This document shows positions 56,162-64,000 of a stretch of 64,000 nucleotides of DNA, one piece after another. A model generated the notes under the pieces. It was given only the letters and a program-made list of their open reading frames with translations. It was not told the origin of the DNA and searched no databases. This DNA is from an uncultured Gemmatimonadales bacterium. Lineage in GTDB: Bacteria > Gemmatimonadota > Gemmatimonadetes > Longimicrobiales > Longimicrobiaceae. How positions within the stretch are numbered: position 1 is the first letter of the stretch; each line of letters starts with the position of its first letter. The stretch is taken from assembly GCA_963716255.1 (NCBI GenBank), contig OY970303.1:5152001-5216000 (forward strand). Reading direction: 5' to 3'. The position numbers and the translations under genes are program-made.

Positions 56162-57612
56162 TGCTCGTGCTGGACCACGACCGCGCCGGGGGCTACTGGG
56201 GCTCCGTCTACGCCTTCGCCGCGCTCAAGGGGCTCCAGGTGGTGATCGACGGGCCGGTGGGCTGCGAGAACCTGCCGGTCACCTCGGTGCTGCACTACAC
56301 CGACGCGCTCCCGCCGCACGAGCTCCCCATCGTGGTCACGGGGATGGGCGAGGAGGAGCTGTCCATGAGCGGCACCGAGGGCGCGCTGCGCCGCGCCGGC
56401 GCCACCCTGGACCCGGACCGTCCCGCGGTGGTGGTCACCGGCTCCATCGCCGAGATGATCGGCGGCGGGGTGACGCCCGAGGGCTCCAACCTGCTCCGCT
56501 TCCTCCCGCGCACCATCGACGAGGACCAGTGGCAGAGCGCCGACCGCGCCCTGCGCTGGCTGTGGAAGGAGTTCGGCGAGAAGAAGGCCCGCGCCCGCAG
56601 GCGCCCCGTGCGCGCCGAGGGAGCGAAGCCGCTGGTCAACATCGTCGGGCCCATCTACGGCACCTTCAACATGCCTTCCGACCTGGCGGAGGTGCGCCGG
56701 CTGGTGGAGGGGATCGGCTGCGAGGTCAACCTGGTGTACCCGCTGGGCGCGCACCTGGAGGACACGCCCCGCCTGGCCGACGCCGCCGTCAACGTGTGCA
56801 TGTACCGCGAGTTCGGCCGCAAGCTGTGCGAGGAGCTGGACGCCCCCTACCTGCAGGCGCCGGTGGGGCTCACCTCCACCACGCTCTTCCTGGAGAAGCT
56901 GGGCGAGCTGGCCGGTGTGGACCCGCAGTCGTTCATCGAGCGGGAGAAGCACACCACGCTCAAGCCGGTGTGGGACCTGTGGCGCAGCGTCACGCAGGAC
57001 TTCTTCGCCACCACCAGCTTCGGGATCGTGGCGACGGAGACCTACGCGCGCGGGGTGCGCCGCTTCCTGGAGGACGACCTGGGGATGCCGTGCTCGTTCG
57101 CCGTCGCGAGGAGGCCGGGGGTCAAGCCGGACAACGAGGCGACCCGCCGCGCGCTCGCGGAATCGCCTCCCCTGGTCGTGTTCGGGAGCTTCAACGAGCG
57201 GATGTACCTGGCGGAGACCGGGGGGCGGGCCGTGTGGATCCCCGCCTCCTTCCCCGGCGCCATCGTCCGGAGGCACACGGGGACGCCGTTCATGGGCTAC
57301 GCGGGGTGCGTGTACCTGGTGCAGGAGGTGTGCAACGCGCTCTTCGACGCGCTCTTCCACATCCTGCCGCTGGGGACCGAGATGGACCGCGCGGCGGAGG
57401 CGACGCCCGCCCGGGGCGCCCCCGTGGAGTGGGAGGACGCCGCGCGGCGGCTGCTGGACGAGCTGGTGGAGGAGCACCCGCCGCTGGTGCGCATCTCCAT
57501 GGCGAAGCGGCTGCGGGACCGTGCCGAGCGCGACGCCCTGGGCGGCGGCGAGACGGCGGTTTCCGTGGACCGGGTGAGGGGCGCCCGTGCGGCGCTGTCC
57601 GGCCGTGGCTGA
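56161..57612 (+). CDS. bchZ: chlorophyllide a reductase subunit Z
   Basis: [28 protein letters not shown] and [12 protein letters not shown]. Confidence 0.95.
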   Translation: MLVLDHDRAGGYWGSVYAFAALKGLQVVIDGPVGCENLPVTSVLHYTDALPPHELPIVVTGMGEEELSMSGTEGALRRAGATLDPDRPAVVVTGSIAEMIGGGVTPEGSNLLRFLPRTIDEDQWQSADRALRWLWKEFGEKKARARRRPVRAEGAKPLVNIVGPIYGTFNMPSDLAEVRRLVEGIGCEVNLVYPLGAHLEDTPRLADAAVNVCMYREFGRKLCEELDAPYLQAPVGLTSTTLFLEKLGELAGVDPQSFIEREKHTTLKPVWDLWRSVTQDFFATTSFGIVATETYARGVRRFLEDDLGMPCSFAVARRPGVKPDNEATRRALAESPPLVVFGSFNERMYLAETGGRAVWIPASFPGAIVRRHTGTPFMGYAGCVYLVQEVCNALFDALFHILPLGTEMDRAAEATPARGAPVEWEDAARRLLDELVEEHPPLVRISMAKRLRDRAERDALGGGETAVSVDRVRGARAALSGRG

Positions 57613-57624
57613 ACGGATCACCGC

Positions 57625-57665
57625 GGGTTCGGGCGTGCCTCCGGCTGCGCCGGGGTCGGGCTTCG
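57625..57665 (-). repeat. intergenic REP-like repeat, copy 3 (inverted)
   Basis: Reverse complement is CGAAGCCCGACCCCGGCGCAGCCGGAGGCACGCCCGAACCC. Confidence 0.75.
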
Positions 57666-57808
57666 GCTCCGTAACGCACGATACGACCGTGCGTAACGGA
57701 GTCGAGCCCCGGCCAGCACCTTTGAACTGCGGTGCCGCCGGGTCTCGCCCCTACGGGCCGAAATCCCTCACGCAGCTGCCTGCCGCACCTGGATATCCAG
57801 CAGTTGCT

Positions 57809-57834
57809 CCCCTCTCCCGGAATCGGGAGAGGGG
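57809..57834. terminator. stem-loop between convergent bchZ and bchO (REP-like or terminator)
   Basis: CCCCTCTCCCG-GAAT-CGGGAGAGGGG; no U-tract. Confidence 0.5.
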
Positions 57835-57862
57835 GGCGGCTCCGAGGCCGTCGGGCGAGGGC

Positions 57863-58726
57863 CTATGCTGCCGCGATCACCCCCGTTTCCCGCGCCAGGG
57901 CGAGAACCAGCCGCTCGACTTCGGCGGGGTGCTCCTCGTGGGCCAGGTGCCCGCCGGGGACCTCCACGGGGCGGGCGTCGGGGATGCGGGCGACCGCGCG
58001 CTCCACGGCGGCGCGGTCGATCCAGCGGTCCCCCGCGCCGAAGGCGAGCACCACGGGGACGCGCAGGCGGGGGTAGTCGGCCGCCAGGGGTTCCACGTCC
58101 CAGTTGGAGAACATGGTCATCACCGCGCGGACGTGGCGCGGGTCGGTGGCCAGGCGGCGGTACATCGCGATGGCCTCGGGGTCCAGCGCGGAGCCGGTCG
58201 CGCCCAGGGTGCGCTCCAGCAGCGGGCCGGAGGCGAGCGCGGCCAGGAGGCGCGCGGTGGGGCGGCTGGTGAAGAGCGCGTTCAGCAGCGGGCGCAGCGG
58301 GCCGCCGGCGTCCAAGGCGGCCAGCGCGGGGGCGAGCGCCACGATCCCCCGCGCGGGGAGAGCGCCGTCCAGCGCCAGGCGCGCGCCCACCGCCGCCCCC
58401 GCCGAGTGCCCCACCACCAGCTCCGGGCGGATGCCCAGCGCCCGCAGCAGCTCCGCGACCGCCGCGGCGAAGCCGTGGAGCGACATCCGCACATCCGGCA
58501 GGGACCCCGTGCCGCCGTGGCCCGGCAGGTCCGGCGCGACCACGGTGAAGCGCGGCTCCAGCAGCGGCGCCAGGCCATCCCAGGAGTGCGCCGAGGCGCC
58601 GGAGCCGTGCAGCAGCAGCACGGCGGGGCCGCGCCCGGCCACGCGCACGCGCCAGCGGATCCCCGCCGCCTCAACCCGGCGCCGGGCGGCCCCGCCCTCC
58701 CGGTCCGGCTCGTCCCCCGCGCTCAT
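57863..58726 (-). CDS. bchO: alpha/beta hydrolase BchO (putative Mg-chelatase accessory)
   Basis: [27 protein letters not shown] and GHLAHEE; located in the photosynthesis cluster. Confidence 0.8.
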   Translation of the reverse strand: MSAGDEPDREGGAARRRVEAAGIRWRVRVAGRGPAVLLLHGSGASAHSWDGLAPLLEPRFTVVAPDLPGHGGTGSLPDVRMSLHGFAAAVAELLRALGIRPELVVGHSAGAAVGARLALDGALPARGIVALAPALAALDAGGPLRPLLNALFTSRPTARLLAALASGPLLERTLGATGSALDPEAIAMYRRLATDPRHVRAVMTMFSNWDVEPLAADYPRLRVPVVLAFGAGDRWIDRAAVERAVARIPDARPVEVPGGHLAHEEHPAEVERLVLALARETGVIAAA

Positions 58727-58848
58727 TCGCTCATCCTCGTCCGGGCGGCGGGCGCCCGCATCGTTCCCGGCCGTGCGCGTCCGCCGCGCCACGACCGAAC
58801 CGGCCGCGCGATTCCCGCGCGGCCCCTTCCACTCGAAGGAGGTGCCAC

Positions 58849-59091
58849 ATGGCGGACATCGCAGTCCAGCCGCCCCCGGGGCCGTCGTCGACCGCGGCCA
58901 GGGGCCTGAGCGGCCTCACCGAGGACGAGGCCCGCTCGTTCCACCGGATGTTCGTGACCAGCTTCCTGGGGTTCCTCGCCATCGCCATCGTCGCCCACGT
59001 GCTGGTGTGGCAGTGGAGGCCATGGATCCCGGGCACGCCCGGCTACCCGGTCGCGGGCTCGTCGCCGACGACCTCCGCCCCGGTGCAGTAG
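58849..59091 (+). CDS. pufB: light-harvesting beta chain
   Basis: [12 protein letters not shown] and [24 protein letters not shown]. Confidence 0.93.
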   Translation: MADIAVQPPPGPSSTAARGLSGLTEDEARSFHRMFVTSFLGFLAIAIVAHVLVWQWRPWIPGTPGYPVAGSSPTTSAPVQ

Positions 59092-59121
59092 CCTCTCACC
59101 CTTCGAGCGGAGGATACCTTC

Positions 59122-59310
59122 GTGTTCCACCGGATCTGGATGGTCTTCGACCCGCGCCGGGCCCTGGTCGGGCTCTTCACGTTCCTGCTGGTCCTGGCGC
59201 TCACGATCCACTTCATCCTGCTCAGCACCTCGCGGTACGACTGGCTGGAGCAGGGGATGGACAACGTCGCGCTGACGTCCGACATGTCGCCGCTCCCACC
59301 GGGACGGTAG
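59122..59310 (+). CDS. pufA: light-harvesting alpha chain
   Basis: [11 protein letters not shown] and [24 protein letters not shown]. Confidence 0.93.
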   Translation: MFHRIWMVFDPRRALVGLFTFLLVLALTIHFILLSTSRYDWLEQGMDNVALTSDMSPLPPGR

Positions 59311-59388
59311 CGTGTCACCTCCCGCCGGGTGCGGCTCGCGCTGCATCCGGCGGGCCAGCCCGCACTCGCAGCCGCGCGGAGCCGTGTC

Positions 59389-60228
59389 ATGAGCATGCTC
59401 AGCTTCGAACGAAAGTACCGGGTCCGCGGGGGAACCCTCGTGGGGGGCGACCTGTTCGACTTCTGGGTCGGACCCTTCTACGTGGGCTTCTTCGGCGTGA
59501 CCACAATGTTCTTTGCCCTGCTGGGGACGCTTCTCTGCGTCTGGGCTGCCGCTCTGGGCGACGGCAACCGCGAGCAGACGTGGAACCTCTGGCAGATCAA
59601 CATCGCCCCGCCACCGCTGGAGTACGGGCTGGGGCTGGCCCCGCTGCGCCAGGGCGGGCTCTGGCAGATCATCACCGTGTGCGCCATCGGCGCGTTCGTG
59701 TCGTGGGCGCTGCGCCAGGCGGAGATCTGCCGCAAGCTGGGCATCGGCTTCCACGTGCCCGTGGCATACGGGGTGGCGATCGCCGCGTACGTGACGCTGG
59801 TGGTGGTGCGCCCGGTCCTGCTGGGGGCGTGGGGGCACGGCTTCCCCTACGGCATCATCTCGCACCTGGACTGGGTGTCCAACGTGGGATACCAGTACCT
59901 GCACTTCCACTACAACCCGGCGCACATGGTGGCGGTGACGTTCTTCTTCACCACCTGCCTGGCGCTGGCGATGCACGGCTCGCTGATCCTGTCCGTGACC
60001 AACCCCCGCAAGGGGGAACCGGTGAAGACCAGCGAGCACGAGAACACCTTCTTCCGCGACGTGCTCGGCTACTCCATCGGCGCGGTCGGCGTCCACCGCC
60101 TGGGGCTCTTCCTGGCGCTCAACGCCGGGATCTGGAGCGCCGTCTGCATCGTCATCAGCGGCCCGTTCTGGACCCGCGGATGGCCCGAGTGGTGGAGCTG
60201 GTGGCTCAACCTGCCCATCTGGAGTTAA
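59389..60228 (+). CDS. pufL: type II reaction centre L subunit
   Basis: [35 protein letters not shown] and GVHRLG. Confidence 0.97.
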   Translation: MSMLSFERKYRVRGGTLVGGDLFDFWVGPFYVGFFGVTTMFFALLGTLLCVWAAALGDGNREQTWNLWQINIAPPPLEYGLGLAPLRQGGLWQIITVCAIGAFVSWALRQAEICRKLGIGFHVPVAYGVAIAAYVTLVVVRPVLLGAWGHGFPYGIISHLDWVSNVGYQYLHFHYNPAHMVAVTFFFTTCLALAMHGSLILSVTNPRKGEPVKTSEHENTFFRDVLGYSIGAVGVHRLGLFLALNAGIWSAVCIVISGPFWTRGWPEWWSWWLNLPIWS

Positions 60229-60277
60229 GCCCGGCCTCGGCGGGGAAACTCCCCGCCGCCACCTCACGGGGGGCGCA

Positions 60278-61537
60278 ATGGCGGATTACCAGAACCTGTT
60301 CACGACCGTCCAGGTGCGGACGTCGGAGCCCGACTGGGGCGTGCCGATCGAGGAGCACAGCTGGACCCGGCAGCTCCCGCCGCGCTCCAGCCGCTGGCTG
60401 GGGAGGATCGGCGACGCCCAGGTGGGGCCCATCTACCTGGGCGCCACGGGCGTGGCCTCGCTGATCTTCGGCTTCGCGGCCTTCGAGATCATCGGCCTCA
60501 ACATGTGGGCGTCGGTGGGGTGGGACCCGGTGGAGTTCGTGCGCCGGCTCCCCTGGCTGGCGCTGGAGCCGCCGCCCCCTTCCTACGGCCTGCGCATCCC
60601 GCCCATGCAGCAGGGCGGGTGGTGGCTGCTGGCGGGGTTCTTCCTCACCGTCTCCATCCTGCTCTGGTGGGTGCGGCTGTACCGCCGCTCCCGCGCGCTG
60701 GGGCTGGGGACGCACCTCCCGTGGGCCTTCGCCTCGGCCATCTTCCTGTACCTGGTGCTGGGCTTCATCCGCCCGCTGCTGATGGGGAGCTGGGGGGAGG
60801 CGGTGCCCTTCGGGATCTTTCCGCACCTGGACTGGACGGCGGCCTTCTCCATCCGGTACGGGAACCTGTTCTACAACCCGTTCCACATGCTGTCCATCGC
60901 CTTTCTGTACGGCTCCACGCTGCTGTTCGCCATGCACGGGGCCACCATCCTGGCGACCAGCAAGCTGGGCTCGGACCGCGAGATCGAGCAGATCACCGAC
61001 CGGGGGACGGCCTCGGAGCGCTCCATGCTCTTCTGGCGCTGGACCATGGGGTGGAACGCCACGATGGAGTCCATCCACCGCTGGTGCTGGTGGTTCGCGG
61101 TGCTCACCACGCTCACGGGCGGGATCGGCATCCTGATCACCGGGACGGTGGTGGACAACTGGTACCTGTGGGGGCAGAAGCACGGGATCGTGCCGCAGTA
61201 CCCGGAGGTGTACGAGCAGCCGACCGTCCCCGCCCAGGTGGGAGAGACGCGCGGCTACCTGCAGCAGGCGCCGCCGGACACCTTCCCGGCCATGACGGCG
61301 CCGCGCCCCAACCGCTTCGCGCAGCCCGCGGCCCCGGCAGGCCTGAATCCGGCGGCGCCCACGCCGGTGCAGCAGCCGCAGCAGGCGGAGGGGATCCTCC
61401 CCGGCGGTACCGCGCCCCGCGGCCAGCCCGGCGCGGCCGGGCCCACGGGCGGGCGGCCGTCGCCGCAGCCCACGGCACCCTCGCCGCCGTCGCCGGAGCC
61501 GGCGGCCCCACCCAGCGACGCGGGAGGTGAGGCATGA
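60278..61537 (+). CDS. pufM: type II reaction centre M subunit with long Pro-rich C-terminal extension
   Basis: [37 protein letters not shown] and ESIHRW. Confidence 0.97.
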   Translation: MADYQNLFTTVQVRTSEPDWGVPIEEHSWTRQLPPRSSRWLGRIGDAQVGPIYLGATGVASLIFGFAAFEIIGLNMWASVGWDPVEFVRRLPWLALEPPPPSYGLRIPPMQQGGWWLLAGFFLTVSILLWWVRLYRRSRALGLGTHLPWAFASAIFLYLVLGFIRPLLMGSWGEAVPFGIFPHLDWTAAFSIRYGNLFYNPFHMLSIAFLYGSTLLFAMHGATILATSKLGSDREIEQITDRGTASERSMLFWRWTMGWNATMESIHRWCWWFAVLTTLTGGIGILITGTVVDNWYLWGQKHGIVPQYPEVYEQPTVPAQVGETRGYLQQAPPDTFPAMTAPRPNRFAQPAAPAGLNPAAPTPVQQPQQAEGILPGGTAPRGQPGAAGPTGGRPSPQPTAPSPPSPEPAAPPSDAGGEA

Positions 61538-62673
61538 GCTTCCGCACACGCGCGGCGCCCGCCGTGCTCGCGCTCGCCCTGGCGGCCTGCGGCGAGCACC
61601 CGCCGGTGGAGGCGGTGCAGCTGGGCTTCCGCGGGACGGGTATGGCGCAGGTGTACAACCCGCGGGTCCTCAAGGACAAGTTCGATTCCACGGCCGCGGC
61701 GATCCCGCAGGACCTCCCGCCCATCCCGCAGCCGGCGCCGGGCCAGGTGGCGGCGTCGCAGCAGCCCGCGGGGCCGTCGCCCTGGAAGAACGTGCAGGTG
61801 CTCACCGACGTCTCCCCCGGGGAACTGACGCGCACCATGGTGGCGATGACCAACTGGGTGTCGCCCAAGCAGGGGTGCAACTACTGCCACGTGGTGAGGG
61901 GCGGGGTGACGGACTTCGCCTCGGACTCGATCTACACCAAGGTGGTCGCCCGGCAGATGCTGCGGATGACGCGCGAGATCAACGGGCAGTGGCGCAACCA
62001 CGTGGCGAACACGGGCGTGACCTGCTACACCTGCCACGGGGGCAACCCGGTGCCGCGCAACGTCTGGTACTTCACGGACCGCAACCAGCCGCTGCGCCAC
62101 TACCTGGATCGCCAGGACGTACGGGTGCAGTCGGCGAGCTTCACGCCCTCCAACGCGAACCGCAGCTCCATCAAGCAGACGGAGTACACGTACGCGCTGA
62201 TGCTCTCCATGTCGCGGGCGCTGGGGGTGAACTGCACGTTCTGCCACAACTCGCCGCGCTGGGGGTCGTGGGAGGAGAGCACGCCGCAGCGGCTCACCGC
62301 GCTGCGCGGCATCCGCATGGTGCGCGAGCTGAACAACGGCTACCTGCTCCCGCTGCAGCCGGTGTTCCCGGCGCAGCGCCTGGGGCCCCACGGCGACGTG
62401 CCCAAGATCCAGTGCGCCACCTGCCACAACGGGGCGTACAAGCCGCTCTACGGGCGGGCGATGGCCCCGGGGTACCCGGCGCTGTACGCGCAGGCGGCGC
62501 CGCCCGCGCCGGCCGTGGTGCAGGGCACGGGCGCGGGTCCGGACGGCGTGCCCACCGTCCCCGCGGACTCGGCGCGCCGCGCCTCGGGCGACACGGTGTC
62601 GGCGACCGGGGGGCGGACGTCGCTGGGGATCATCGCGTCGCCGCACGTGGCGCACCGGGAGCCGGGGCCGTAA
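61534..62673 (+). CDS. pufC: reaction-centre tetraheme cytochrome c (lipoprotein)
   Basis: Lipobox LAAC; four CxxCH motifs (CNYCH, CYTCH, CTFCH, CATCH); QLGFRGTGM. Confidence 0.96.
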   Translation: MSFRTRAAPAVLALALAACGEHPPVEAVQLGFRGTGMAQVYNPRVLKDKFDSTAAAIPQDLPPIPQPAPGQVAASQQPAGPSPWKNVQVLTDVSPGELTRTMVAMTNWVSPKQGCNYCHVVRGGVTDFASDSIYTKVVARQMLRMTREINGQWRNHVANTGVTCYTCHGGNPVPRNVWYFTDRNQPLRHYLDRQDVRVQSASFTPSNANRSSIKQTEYTYALMLSMSRALGVNCTFCHNSPRWGSWEESTPQRLTALRGIRMVRELNNGYLLPLQPVFPAQRLGPHGDVPKIQCATCHNGAYKPLYGRAMAPGYPALYAQAAPPAPAVVQGTGAGPDGVPTVPADSARRASGDTVSATGGRTSLGIIASPHVAHREPGP

Positions 62674-62698
62674 CGGACCTGATCGGGAGGAGCCGGAA

Positions 62699-62738
62699 GA
62701 ACGCAGGCCCGCGCCATCTCCGGCGCGGGCCTGCGTTC
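62699..62738. terminator. 17-bp stem-loop ending the puf operon (probably bidirectional)
   Basis: GAACGCAGGCCCGCGCC-ATCTCC-GGCGCGGGCCTGCGTTC between convergent genes. Confidence 0.75.
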
Positions 62739-62761
62739 AAAGGTAGCAGCCGTTGAGGGTA

Positions 62762-63154
62762 TTACAGGTGAGGCGAGGAGTCACCCGTCAGCAGTTGAGC
62801 TGGCGGACACACCGGCGACACCTGAAGGTCGGTGGGCAGATTACGCGCAAATCCGTCGCCGTTGGTACGCATCATTTCTCGCGCAGCTTTCTCTGCGACG
62901 GCATGTAGTGCCTGCTCACTTAGCGAATCCAGCCGGCCTTCCAGTACCTGGATTCTTGCATTCAGCTCAGCTCGTTCCCGAGTGTGCTCAAGTTGCACAT
63001 GATGCAACTTATCCTCAAATCGCTGTAGAAGGGCTTTGAACTCCACCAGAGTCTCGGTCGTGACAGTCTGCAGGTTCTCAAAGCGAACACTGTTTGTCAC
63101 AACCTCGTTTGTGAGTTCAGCAATCTTCTTTCCAACACCTAATAGCAGACTCAA
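62762..63154 (-). CDS. hypothetical coiled-coil protein, low GC
   Basis: Heptad-like LLQRFEDKL..LNARIQVLEGRLDSL; start overlaps the upstream stop. Confidence 0.6.
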   Translation of the reverse strand: MSLLLGVGKKIAELTNEVVTNSVRFENLQTVTTETLVEFKALLQRFEDKLHHVQLEHTRERAELNARIQVLEGRLDSLSEQALHAVAEKAAREMMRTNGDGFARNLPTDLQVSPVCPPAQLLTGDSSPHL

Positions 63155-63831
63155 GCGTGGCCTCCTTGCTGAGAGGTCGTCGCCTCAGTTTGACATGATG
63201 CAGCCCAATTGCGAAGCGATTGCAGTTTGGCTGTCGTTTCCTCAATCGCTTTCCCTAAGTTCTTCTGGGCAAGAATTGCAGAGTCAATAAGTGGTACAAG
63301 TAACTGCTCATTCGCACTGTCGGCATGTATTGCCCATGAAGAGACAGGTGAACTGCTGCCAACCTGCGTTATGAGGTAGGCACAAGCCTCAACCTTGCCA
63401 ACCAATTCGATTCCATCAACCAGTTGATGATCACTATCCTTCACGAGAACGTAGTTGACGTCACCATAAGGAGACGATACGAATACCGACCGCCCGAATT
63501 CAGCTGGAACAAAACCTTCCTTAGATAGATGTTGTTGGGCATTCAGTGTTTCACCTTCACCGCCAGTAGAGTTTTCCTTAAAGCGGAGGCGCCCAACGGA
63601 TCTCCCCATCACCTTCGTTACCCGCGATGATCCAGCCATGCGGTGAAGAATTGTGTGACCTCCAAGGGTTTCGGGTACCGAGTCATCTGAACGCTTAAAA
63701 AGTATCTTGGCGAAATAGCCGTGTGACTGTTGTTCCTCGGATGCCTTTGGGGGTGGCGCGGCGTCCGAGGAACTTTCTTTCTTGGCAGCTCCAAAACCCA
63801 TCTGCCATCCAGCTTTCTTCCGCTTTCCCAT
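63151..63831 (-). CDS. hypothetical protein, low GC
   Basis: Long ORF in AT-richer DNA; start placed at ATG 63831. Confidence 0.6.
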   Translation of the reverse strand: MGKRKKAGWQMGFGAAKKESSSDAAPPPKASEEQQSHGYFAKILFKRSDDSVPETLGGHTILHRMAGSSRVTKVMGRSVGRLRFKENSTGGEGETLNAQQHLSKEGFVPAEFGRSVFVSSPYGDVNYVLVKDSDHQLVDGIELVGKVEACAYLITQVGSSSPVSSWAIHADSANEQLLVPLIDSAILAQKNLGKAIEETTAKLQSLRNWAASCQTEATTSQQGGHA

Positions 63832-64000
63832 AAGACCCTCGGATTCAAAGTCTCGATTTGCGCGCAACAACTATCGGCTCCAGCAACAAGCCAATGTTTT
63901 ACAAATTATCCTTTCAAGCCAATACGTCAAGTGTAATCAAGTGAACATCTGTGCGCCTTCTTGGGTGCTTTTCATGGCTTTGTCAGAGGTGGCAGATGAG

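Noticed and set aside
53545..57612. Nitrogenase nifHDK
   Set aside because: Motifs and bchC/puf context identify the homologous chlorophyllide reductase BchXYZ.
1..64000. CRISPR array, rRNA or intact IS element
   Set aside because: No regularly spaced repeats, rRNA-like sequence or transposase was seen.

Overview
Very GC-rich bacterial DNA, probably Gemmatimonadota (Longimicrobium-like); this is inferred from the PufA/PufM features and gene content, not proven. There are four blocks. (1) About 0.6-24 kb is a plasmid/ICE-type backbone, almost all on the minus strand: a protein of five BID-like repeats, ParA plus partner with a perfect upstream palindrome, an AraC regulator, a methyltransferase-strawberry-notch helicase, a PRTRC prokaryotic ubiquitin-like cassette (E-C-F-B-ThiF), a Toprim primase, RecQ, a decayed tRNA-Leu(UAA), a ChW-repeat glycoside hydrolase lipoprotein and a stand-alone dnaN. 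(2) About 25.2-40.1 kb is a tightly packed, uncharacterised 7-gene plus-strand operon: EEP nuclease/phosphatase, a 1445-aa DUF6603-like beta-rich protein, three large unknowns, a tail-collar/fibre protein and an APH-like kinase. It is the best candidate for an undescribed system. (3) About 40.5-43.9 kb is a scar of broken genes (integrase, outer-membrane protein, MFS). (4) About 45-62.7 kb is half of an anoxygenic type-II photosynthesis gene cluster (hemY, bchID, puhE, cruF-like, crtF, bchCXYZ, inverted bchO, pufBALMC) with canonical tandem PpsR boxes, followed by low-GC foreign genes. All family calls come from motif recognition by eye; no database search was run.
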